From the NCBI GenBank assembly GCA_963821285.1, contig CAWGDD010000007.1, positions 148,436-212,435 on the forward strand: a DNA stretch of 64,000 bases, read 5' to 3'. Made by a program: the position numbers and the translations under genes. Shown here one piece after another: positions 19,462 through 28,227 of this stretch. The notes beneath the pieces were generated by a model. It was not told the DNA's origin. It did not search any database and was given only the letters and a program-made list of their open reading frames with translations. The stretch comes from an uncultured Acidobacteriota bacterium. Its GTDB lineage: Bacteria > Acidobacteriota > Vicinamibacteria > Vicinamibacterales > CAVVIG01. Numbering within the stretch: position 1 is the first letter of the stretch; every line of letters starts with the position of its first letter.

Positions 19462-19941
19462 ATGAAGGGCAACGACGCGATCATCGCAAAGTTGAACGAG
19501 GCGCTCCGCGAGGAGCTGACCGCGATCAATCAGTATTTCGTCCACGCGGAGATGTGCCACAACTGGGGCTATCACCGGCTGGGTAACTACATCAAGAAAC
19601 AGTCGATTGGCGAGATGAAGCACGCTGAGGAGATCCTCGAGCGCATCCTGTTCCTGGACGGGATCCCGTCGATGCTGCCGCTGCCGCTGACGATTGGCGC
19701 CGACGTCAAGGCCCAGATCGAAAACGATCTGAAGCTCGAGCTGAACGCGACGGTGATGTACAACGCGTCGGTCAAGGCGGCGCGCGACGCGGGCGACAAC
19801 GGGTCCGCCGACCTGTTCGAGCGGCTGCTCAAGGACGAGGAGGAACACGTCGACTTCCTCGAGGCGCAGATGCACCAGATCGGACAGCTCGGCTACGAGC
19901 GCTATCTCGGGCAGCAGCTCGATGGCGGCGAGGCGAAGTAG
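19462..19941 (+). CDS. bfr: Bacterioferritin
   Basis: MKGNDAIIAKLNEALREELTAINQYFVHAEMCHNWGY...EMKHAEEILERILFLDG; 159 aa. Confidence 0.9.
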   Translation: MKGNDAIIAKLNEALREELTAINQYFVHAEMCHNWGYHRLGNYIKKQSIGEMKHAEEILERILFLDGIPSMLPLPLTIGADVKAQIENDLKLELNATVMYNASVKAARDAGDNGSADLFERLLKDEEEHVDFLEAQMHQIGQLGYERYLGQQLDGGEAK

Positions 19942-20370
19942 CTACCGAACGGTAATGCTCCCCTGAAGCCCCGCCACATCGGCCATGATGTGGTCGTGGT
20001 AGCCGCAGATCCGCGCGGTGGTGAGGTTGCCGGTCTGCCGCGACTGGCCGGGGTTGAGGAACCCCGCTTGCGAGATTGCCGGACACTCGGTGTGCTCCGG
20101 GTGCGGGTTGGACTCCATGTCGTGCTGCCGGTTGTCGTTGTTGATGAACGTCACCTGGCTGCCGAGCGGTACGATGATGTCCTTCGGCGTGGCGACGTTG
20201 TTCACGATCGTGATCGTGGTCGTGTTCACGGCGCCCGCCGGGGTCGTCGGCGGAGTCACCGGCGACGGCCCGGCCGGGTTGCTGTTGGTGTTGCTGCTCC
20301 CGCCGCACGCGGCCAGCAGCAGCGCCAGCCCGCACGACGCGAAGAACCCGCCCGCCATCCGTGATCGCAT
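19942..20370 (-). CDS. Lipoprotein with cupredoxin-like domain (possible type-1 Cu ligand set H/C/H/M)
   Basis: Lipobox LLLAAC. VTFINNDNRQHDMESNPHPEHTECPAISQAGFLNPGQSRQTGNLTTARICGYHDHIM. Confidence 0.55.
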   Translation of the reverse strand: MRSRMAGGFFASCGLALLLAACGGSSNTNSNPAGPSPVTPPTTPAGAVNTTTITIVNNVATPKDIIVPLGSQVTFINNDNRQHDMESNPHPEHTECPAISQAGFLNPGQSRQTGNLTTARICGYHDHIMADVAGLQGSITVR

Positions 20371-20390
20371 GATGTCACCCCTGATCGGAA

Positions 20391-20440
20391 CGCGGGGCTG
20401 AAAGCCCCGCGCTACAGTAGTGCGGCCCTTTCAGGGCCGC
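20391..20440 (-). terminator. Two GC-rich stem-loops downstream of the DUF5777-like gene
   Basis: cgcggggctgaaagccccgcg (20391-20411) and gcggccctttcagggccgc (20422-20440). No U-tract. Confidence 0.35.
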
Positions 20441-20449
20441 CGCCAGAGT

Positions 20450-21304
20450 TCAGTAGAACTTCCTCGTGAGGTTGAATCCCAGATACCAGTCTGTGCCTTC
20501 CGTGCCGTTCACTCTCGTGGTGCGCGTGCCGCCCCGGGCGATCTGCCCGAACGTGGATGCGAACGAATCGGTGAAGTTGAGCTGGAAGATGTGGCCACCC
20601 GCCCGCTTCTCGATGGCGAAGCCGCCGTGGTTGACGCCCGGCGCGTAGCCGGCGCGGGGCGCGTACTCCCCGACCAGATAGACGGTGTCGAGCACGCGGA
20701 CGCGGGCGCCGAAACCGGTCACGAACGTGTCGTTCTCCGGTGTCGACGAATCGTACAGGTTGGCGTGGTGAATCCAGATCGGCTGGACGTACAGCGCGGC
20801 ACGTTCGGCGATCCGCCTCGACACGATCACGCCGAGCACCGGCTGCGACTGGCTGTCGACGCCGGACCGGCCGACGTCGCTCCAGTCCACCGCGAGCAGT
20901 GCCGACGCCTCGATCGGCGACGTCTTGCCCTGGCGCAGGAACCCGTACTGGCCGAACAGCTCGATGGTCTTGTCGCTGGCGCGATGCACGCCGACCTCAG
21001 TGTTCGGCATGATCCCGTAGCGGTACTCGAGCCCGATGCGTGCGCCGAAGTCCATGCCGAAGGCGTCGGCGGCAAGGCTGTTCGGACAGAGATCGCAGCT
21101 GAGCGGGCGGGTGAATCGGTGCGTCAGGCGGAACGCGCTCCCGTTGACGGGGAGCCGCAGCGACGTCGGCAGGCTGACCAGCGTGAAGTCGGGTTCCGCC
21201 AGCTTCAGCACCCGGTCGTCCCCCTCGTCCGTGTTCTGGGCGTAGCCGGCCGTCGCGGCGAGCAGCGAGAAGAGCAGTGTGCAGAGAATGCGGGTGTTTG
21301 TCAT
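20450..21304 (-). CDS. DUF5777-like outer-membrane beta-barrel protein
   Basis: Signal peptide MTNTRILCTLLFSLLAATAGYAQ, LTHRF..., IGLEYRYGI, C-terminal ...LGFNLTRKFY. Confidence 0.55.
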   Translation of the reverse strand: MTNTRILCTLLFSLLAATAGYAQNTDEGDDRVLKLAEPDFTLVSLPTSLRLPVNGSAFRLTHRFTRPLSCDLCPNSLAADAFGMDFGARIGLEYRYGIMPNTEVGVHRASDKTIELFGQYGFLRQGKTSPIEASALLAVDWSDVGRSGVDSQSQPVLGVIVSRRIAERAALYVQPIWIHHANLYDSSTPENDTFVTGFGARVRVLDTVYLVGEYAPRAGYAPGVNHGGFAIEKRAGGHIFQLNFTDSFASTFGQIARGGTRTTRVNGTEGTDWYLGFNLTRKFY

Positions 21305-21379
21305 GGGTTGTTCGTGTCGAACGTCATGGTCGGGTGAATGAGTCTGATGGCCGGAGGAGTTCCACGTCGCAGCCGTCTA

Positions 21380-21395
21380 CGCAAGCCGGATGCCG
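21380..21395 (-). promoter_or_regulatory. Sigma-54 (-24/-12) promoter candidate: cGGCAT-ccggc-TTGCG
   Basis: Minus strand reads acggcCGGCATccggcTTGCGtag, with correct spacing. About 78 nt upstream of ATG 21304 and directly downstream of the NtrC-type activator gene. Confidence 0.5.
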
Positions 21396-21493
21396 GCCGT
21401 TGCCGGGACCCTTCGTCGGGAACGCCCGGCGGGACGGCGCCCGGTTTACAGAAGCCGTAACGGGTTTCCGTCCCCGTAATATGTCTTCCGGGC

Positions 21494-22861
21494 TCAGTCG
21501 AGACGGTACTTGGCCAGATAGTACGACAGCGCGCGCTGGCTGATCCCCATCAGTTCCGCGGCATCCTTCTTCACGCCGCCCGCGCTCTCGATGGCCCGCC
21601 GGATGGTCTCGCGCTCGACCCACTCGATGTTCTGCCGGAGTTTCAGCGAGGGGAGAGTGGTTGCCTGCGGCGCCGCCGCGCCCAGCACCGAGACGGCGCG
21701 GGCGCCGATGACGTTTCCCGTCGAAAGCACGACGGCGCGTTCGATCGTGTTCTCGAGCTCGCGGACGTTGCCCGGCCAGTCGTACTGCTGCAGGCCGGCC
21801 ATCACGCTGTCTTCGGGGCGATCGATGCGGCGTCCGACGCGCTGCGCGTGTTTCCGGATGAAGTGCTCGACGAGCGACGGGATGTCGTCGCGCCGTTCCC
21901 GCAGCGGCGGGATTTCGATCGGGATCACGTTGAGGCGGTAGAAGAGGTCTTCCTGGAACTTGCCGTCGGCCACCATCTGTCGGAGATCGCGGTTGGTGGC
22001 GGCGATGACGCGCAGGTCGACCTTCTCGGTCCGCTCCGACCCGAGCGGCTCGAACTCGCGCTCCTGCAGGACGCGCAGGAGCTTGCTCTGCAGCGGCGGG
22101 CTCATGGTGCCGATTTCGTCGAGGAAGATCGTGCCGCCGTCGGCGAGCGCGAACTTGCCTTTCTTGGTGGTCGTCGCCCCGGTGAACGCGCCGCGCACGT
22201 GGCCGAAGAGCTCCGACTCGAGCAGCGTTTCGGGAATGGCGGCACAGTTGACCTTGATGAGCGGCATGTCGCGCTGGGCGCTGCGGTCGTGGATGGCGCG
22301 GGCCACCAGTTCCTTGCCGGTGCCCGTTTCGCCGGTGATGAGGACGGTGCTCTTCGTCTCGGCCACCAGCTCCGCGCGCCGGATCACTTCCTCCATGGCC
22401 CGGCTGCGCCCGATGATGCCGTAGTGGTCGAACTGCTCGTCGCGCTCGCTGAGCAGATAGCGGTGCTCCGTCCGAAGGCGCTGATGATCGAGCGCGCGCC
22501 GTACGACGACGATCAGCTCGTCGATCTCGAACGGTTTGATCAGGTAGTCGAGCGTCCCCAGCTTCATCGCTTCGATGGCGCTCTCGACGGTCGCGTGCGC
22601 CGTCATCATCAGGATCTGCGCGCGTTCGCCCTCCGGCGCCGACCCGATGTACTCGCGAATCAGGTCAAGCCCGCTCAGCTCGGGCATCATGTTGTCCACC
22701 ACGAGCAGGTCGAACGGGCGCTCGGCCAGCAGCCGCTGCGCCTGACGTGGGCTGGTCGTGTCCACGACGGCGTGGCCGGCCTCGCGCAGGGCGCGTCCGA
22801 GCGACTTCAGGATCTTCTCTTCGTCATCAACGATCAGGATCGAGCCGCGGCCGTGGGTCAT
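21494..22861 (-). CDS. Sigma-54-dependent response regulator (NtrC family: REC + AAA+ + HTH)
   Basis: ILIVDDE...DLLVVDNMMP receiver, GETGTGKE Walker A, GAFTGA loop (HVRGAFTGA), C-terminal HTH AAELMGISQRALSYYLAKY. Confidence 0.9.
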   Translation of the reverse strand: MTHGRGSILIVDDEEKILKSLGRALREAGHAVVDTTSPRQAQRLLAERPFDLLVVDNMMPELSGLDLIREYIGSAPEGERAQILMMTAHATVESAIEAMKLGTLDYLIKPFEIDELIVVVRRALDHQRLRTEHRYLLSERDEQFDHYGIIGRSRAMEEVIRRAELVAETKSTVLITGETGTGKELVARAIHDRSAQRDMPLIKVNCAAIPETLLESELFGHVRGAFTGATTTKKGKFALADGGTIFLDEIGTMSPPLQSKLLRVLQEREFEPLGSERTEKVDLRVIAATNRDLRQMVADGKFQEDLFYRLNVIPIEIPPLRERRDDIPSLVEHFIRKHAQRVGRRIDRPEDSVMAGLQQYDWPGNVRELENTIERAVVLSTGNVIGARAVSVLGAAAPQATTLPSLKLRQNIEWVERETIRRAIESAGGVKKDAAELMGISQRALSYYLAKYRLD

Positions 22862-22865
22862 GGGG

Positions 22866-24774
22866 TTATCCGGAGACGCCTGCGGGGAGGCTGATGCGGA
22901 TCTCGGTGCCCGTACCGGGTGCGCTGTTCACGCCGATCGTGCCGCCGAGCCCTTCGACGATGTTCTTGGCGATGGCCAGCCCCAGGCCCGTGCCGCTGCG
23001 CTTCGTCGTGAAGTAGGGCTCGAACACCTGGGGCAGGTGAGCCGGGTCGATGCCCGCGCCGCGGTCGGCGATGACGATCGTGACGCGGCCATCCTTCGCC
23101 AGCGTGCTCAGCGTCACAAGCGGCTCGTTGGTCGTGGCTGGTGGCTCGTGGCTCGTGACGGCTGACTGCCGACTGCCGACGGCTGACTGCCGACTGTCGA
23201 CTGCCGACTGCGGACTGCCGACTGCCGGCTGCTGACTGCCGACTGCCGGCTGCTGACTGCCGACTGCCGACTGCTGACTGTCGACGGCATGGCGCGCGTT
23301 GACGAGCATGTTCACGAGTGCAATCCGCAGCCGTTCGGCGTCCGTCGTGACGGGCGCGGCGCCCGGGTCGAGTTCCAGGTGCACGGCGGCACCCGGCCCC
23401 GAGGCCACAGACGCCGCTGCCGACTCGCGGCAGAGCACGTTCAGATCCGCCGGCGCGAGTTCGAAGCGGATGGGCCGCGCGAAGTCGAGGACCTCGTTCA
23501 CGATCCGGTTCAGCCGCTCGACCTCCTCGTCGATGTCGGCCACCGCCTCGCGCATGGCCGCCCGGCTCACGTCCGGCTGGCGCAGCGCGTGCAGCGATCC
23601 CTTGATGATCATCAGCGGGTTCCGCACTTCGTGGGCGATGACGGTGGACAGACGGCCGAGCGACGACAGCCGTTCCTTCTGCGACATCTCGCGCTGGAAG
23701 CGCGCGATCGAGTCCGTCAGGGTGTTGAACGTCGTGGCCAGCAGCTGGGCGTCCTCGTCGTGCCAGCGGCGGCCCTCGCCGACGGCGATCTTGCGCGTCA
23801 GATCGCCGGTGGCGGCCACCTCGCGCATGACGTCGGTGATTGCCGCCAGCGGCCTCGTGATCGTGCGGGCGACCGCGAAGCTGAGGAGCGTCGCGAGCAG
23901 CACGGCGACGATGGCGGTGACGGCGAGACCCGTGTGGATGGCGTCGAGCGAGCGGAGTTGCTCGGTGCGCGATCGCAGGATCAGCGGCCACCGGCGCTGC
24001 GCGGCTCCCGGGCTGCGCCGATCCGAGCGCCAGGGCCAGCGCGACGTACTCGTCGGAGCCGAGCGTCACCGTGGAGACCCCCGAGCCGTGGAGTCGGGCC
24101 GCCAGCGCGTGGTCGTACTCGCGCGGCAGGGTCGTCGTCAGCACATTGGCGCCCACTGCGAAGGCGATGTCGCTGCCGGTAATCGCCTTGAGCTGGCTGG
24201 CCAGTGCGTCGTTGAGGAGGAAGCCCACGCTGACCGACCCTAGAATCTGCGGCTGCGTGAGCCCGATGACGATCGGCACCGTCACCACCTGCAGGATGCC
24301 GTCCGGCTCGGGGAGCAGGTCCACGGTTTCGTGTCCGAGCAGCGCGTCCCGCACGGCGGGCCAGTCGCCCGCGACGAGACCGGCCGGGGCCGAGTCTCCC
24401 AGCGCCGCGAGCACGCGGCCCGTCCCGTTCGTCACGACCAGCAGGTTGGCGGATTTCAGGGGCTCCTGATAGTCGCGGAGGTTGTCTTCGACCGTGGGCG
24501 GATCGTTCGTGAGGACGGCGGCCTTGAGCTTGGGCAGGTCGGCGATGAGCCGGGCCATCACGGTGTAGGTGTCGATGCGGGTCTTGCGAAGCTGGTCGAC
24601 GAGCGCACCGGTGGCGCGGATCTCGCGCTGCAGGGCACTCTCGGCCTCGCGCGTGACCCGCTGGTTGACGACGTAGATCGCGGCGACGATCGAGAGCACC
24701 GCGAGCAGCGCGCTCGCCAGGAAGATTCGTCCCCGGAGGGAGCTGACGAGCGTTGCCCGAAGAACCGCGTTCAT
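22866..24774 (-). pseudogene. Sensor histidine kinase (periplasmic sensor, HAMP, HisKA, HATPase_c), disrupted as assembled by a +1 frameshift near 23990-24012
   Basis: N-terminal frame MNAVLRATLVSSLRGRIFLASALLAVLSIVAAIYVV...LALALGSAQPG. The C-terminal frame continues (QRRWPLILRSRTEQLRSLDAIHTGLAVTAIVAV)LLATLLSFAVARTITRPL...STVIAHEVRNPL...DRGAGI...GTGLGLAI. Confidence 0.85.
23134..23287. repeat. Heptanucleotide tandem repeat, consensus CCGACTG, 22 units (17 core units 23162-23280), in-frame inside the kinase ATP-binding domain
   Basis: Counted units: gtggctg gtggctc gtggctc gtgacgg ctgactg ccgactg ccgacgg ... ctgactg tcgacgg. Translated as SQQSAVG SQQPAVG SQQPAVG SPQSAVD SRQSAVG SRQSAVT between the N box (NMLVNARHAV) and the G1 box (DRGAGI). 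Confidence 0.9.
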
Positions 24775-24787
24775 GCCCAACGACGGA

Positions 24788-25234
24788 TTATAGCCCCCGG
24801 TTTTCGAGCACGTAGCGGATGACCAGCGTGCCGGGCACAAGCGCGGTGAAGGTGCGGTTAGGGTAGGGCGATACGTAGGTCATCGACACCAGCACGCGGC
24901 CGTCGCGCAGCCATCCGCGCGCGACGCGCGCCCGGCGGGCGCCGTACAACCTCGCGAGCGCCGAGCGATCGTACGGCCCCGATGTGCCGAACGCGTCCAG
25001 CGGGTCCAGGGCGTCCACGGTGCCGACCTGCGCGCCACGCGTGCTCATGTCCGCCCGCACCACGTCTTCGAGCGGCGACAGGGTCGTGCACACATGGTAG
25101 GTCCCCAAGAGGGGGCGCCGTGGCGTGAAGAGCGCCGTCAGCGCCGTGTCGCAGTCGTACGCCGGCCCCGGTCCAGGCGGCCTGGCGGGAGCGGCCAGCT
25201 CAGCTAGTAGAATGAAGAGGATGGCGTATATCAT
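24788..25234 (-). CDS. Hypothetical secreted protein, first gene of the kinase/regulator operon
   Basis: From Met 26 of ORF 24788..25309: [22 protein letters not shown]..., no family recognised. It ends 14 nt before the kinase start. Confidence 0.4.
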   Translation of the reverse strand: MIYAILFILLAELAAPARPPGPGPAYDCDTALTALFTPRRPLLGTYHVCTTLSPLEDVVRADMSTRGAQVGTVDALDPLDAFGTSGPYDRSALARLYGARRARVARGWLRDGRVLVSMTYVSPYPNRTFTALVPGTLVIRYVLENRGL

Positions 25235-25502
25235 CTGCGAGCCCTGCGTGGGCACCAAGGATACGGCCTGCGTGGATGTGTGTCCCGTGGACTGCATCCA
25301 CCCGCGCAAGGACGAGGCCAGCTTCGCGGCGGCCGAGATGCTCTATATTCACCCGGACGAGTGCATCGATTGCGGCGCCTGCGTCCCGGCGTGCCCGGTC
25401 GAGGCCATCTTCTCGCTCGACGAGACGCCGCACAAGTGGGCGGGCTTTATTGACAAGAACGCCTCATACTATGATATGATCGTGGTTGAGGTTAGAGGTT
25501 AG
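25221..25502 (+). CDS. Ferredoxin (FdxA-like, 3Fe-4S/4Fe-4S type)
   Basis: [26 protein letters not shown]...[20 protein letters not shown]. The tail is encoded by a gaggtta duplication. Confidence 0.85.
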   Translation: MAYIICEPCVGTKDTACVDVCPVDCIHPRKDEASFAAAEMLYIHPDECIDCGACVPACPVEAIFSLDETPHKWAGFIDKNASYYDMIVVEVRG

Positions 25503-25522
25503 GGGTCCGGTGGACTATCCGA

Positions 25523-26059
<537 letters not shown>

Positions 26060-26060
<1 letters not shown>

Positions 26061-26530
26061 TGCAGACCCTCATCCGATTCTTCAACACGATCTTCCTCGT
26101 GGACCTGCTCAAGGGCATGTGGCTCACGATGAAGTACACGCCGCAGCCCGCATTCACGTTCCAGTATCCGGCCGAGCGAAGGCCGACGGCCCCGCGGTTC
26201 CGCGGCGTGCTGCGGCTGCAGGTCGAGCCCGCGAGCGGCGCCCAGACGTGCATCGTCTGCGACCAGTGCGCCAAGGCGTGCCCCGACGATCTCATCGCGC
26301 TCGGCGGACACCGCGAGCCGGGCATGAAGATCAAGGTGCTCGACTACTTCGACTTCAACCTCTCGCGCTGCAGCTTCTGCGGGCTGTGCTCGGAGGTCTG
26401 TCCGACCAAGCCTATCAAGGCGCTCATCATGAGCGAGGACTACGAGCTGGGGAGCTACAGCCGCGACACCCAGATTCTGCGGGTGGACCAGATGTACGAC
26501 GGAGTGCCGATCGAACAGTACACTCGTTGA
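26060..26530 (+). CDS. nuoI: NADH-quinone oxidoreductase subunit I-like 2x[4Fe-4S] protein
   Basis: TGATG overlap with nuo[40 protein letters not shown]. Confidence 0.8.
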
Positions 26531-26666
26531 AACAGGGATTTCGATTTCCGAAAGCCCTTCAACCGGTTACAGTATCCAGGACGCGGTTTGGGCGGGCGCG
26601 GATCTTGAATAGGGGCGCCCGAGTCTAGCTGTTCACTCTGACGCTTGCGCTGGAGAAGAGGGGACC

Positions 26667-28176
26667 ATGCAGGTGCGGTTCCGGTCGTTGGCTGTCCTCG
26701 TCGTCGTCGCGGCGGCTTCGCTCGCCATTCACGCCGACGGCCCCTCGCAGGCGGCCGACGTCCAGTTTCAGCTCGGCACGCTGCTCTATTCAGAAGGACG
26801 GTACGTCGAGTCTCTCGAGGCCTTTCAGAACGCCCTGAAGTCGCAGGACGCGCTCCTGCTGCGCGGGGCGCGGGCGGGCGTCGTTCAGGCGGCGCTGCGT
26901 GTGGCGGAGTTCGACACGGCGCGGAACGAGGGCGAAGCCCTGGCCAAGGCCGCCCCGCGCGACGCCGATGCCATCTCGCTGTACGGCGATGCCCTCTGGG
27001 CCTCGGGCCTGTTCGAGGAAGCCGAGCTTCGGTATCGGGACGCCCTGGCGCTCACGCCGGGGCTGCCGCGCGGCCTCCACGGCATCGCGCGGTCGCTGCT
27101 CGCGCGCAGCCAGCTCGACGAAGCCATGAACCAGGCGCAGGCGGCGCTCAAGCTCGCGCCGCGCGACCTCGAAGTCCATCACACCGTCGGCGCGATCTAC
27201 GAGCGGATGCACAAGTACCGAGGAAGCAGCCGCGGCGTACGGCAACTACGTCAATCTGCTGCCCAACAAGGACACGAGCGAGAAGGCCGCGTGGTCGAGG
27301 GCGGAAATCCGCTTCCTCCGATCGTTCGCGCAGCGCGTGCCGTTCCAGGCCGACCCCGGCACCGACGACCAGGTGTTCACCGTCGACTTCCGGCTGGTGA
27401 ACGACAAGGTCGTCGTGCGCGCGCGGGTGAACGACGCCAGCGCCCAGGACTTCGTCGTCGACACCGGCGCGGAGAGCACGATCATCACCGAGCCGACGGC
27501 CCGGCGCCTCGGCATCGCGCCGATCACGTATACGCTGAGCGCGGGTGTCGGCGAAACCGGTCTGCGCGGCCTGCAGCTCGCGCGCGTGGACTCGCTCGAG
27601 CTCGGCACGCTCAAGCTGCGCAACGTGCCGTGCATCATCAAGAGCCCGCCGCTGCGCGACCTGCCGTCGGGCGAAACCGAGAGCCTGTCGCCGATCTCTC
27701 TCGGCTACTCGATGATCATCGACTACCAGTCGCACAAGCTCATTTTCGGCAAGCACCTGCCGATTGAAACCGGGGATCTCGAGCTGCCGCTGCGCGTGTA
27801 TCGGCTGGTCACCGTGCGCGGCCTCGTCGGGAGCCAGCACCAGGCGAACTTCGTTGTCGACACGGGCGGCGAGGTGATTTCCATCAGCCAGGCCACCGCG
27901 AACCGGCTCCCGGTCAAGGAAGGCGCGCGCAAGATCGCGCTTCGCGTCTACGGATCGTCGGGCTGGGATCGCGACGCGTTCCTGATGCCGGGGGTGGACC
28001 TGGCATTCGACAAGATCAAGTACACCAACTTCCCGGTCGTCGTGCTGAACCTGAACGCGCCGAGCGCTCTGCTCGGCTTCCAGCTCGGCGGGATCGTCGG
28101 GCACAAGTTCCTCAGCGGCTACCGCGTCGGCATCGATCTCGAACGCAGTGTCCTCAGGCTGAAAGCGATCTCGTAG
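26667..28176 (+). pseudogene. Secreted TPR-repeat protein fused to two retropepsin-like aspartyl-protease domains, disrupted as assembled by a +1 frameshift at 27219
   Basis: Signal peptide plus TPR helices up to ...AIYERMHKY. After removing one C the frame continues EEAAAAYGNYVNLLPNKDTSEKAAWSRAEIRFL...DFVVDTGAESTII...NFVVDTGGEVISI. Confidence 0.75.
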
Positions 28177-28227
28177 GAGGTGGAGGCTAGGGCCCCGAGC
28201 CTCTAGTCCCCAGCCTCTAGTCCCTAG
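28177..28227. repeat. Direct 13-nt repeat agcctctagtccc x2 plus related flank, filling the gap between two convergent stop codons
   Basis: Copies at 28198-28210 and 28212-28224. Their reverse complement gggactagaggct nearly equals gggactggaggct at 766-778. Confidence 0.75.

Noticed and set aside
23134-23287. Possible CRISPR array or minisatellite-type mobile element.
   Set aside because: The period is 7 nt with no spacers and no cas genes, and the array is translated in-frame within a kinase domain.
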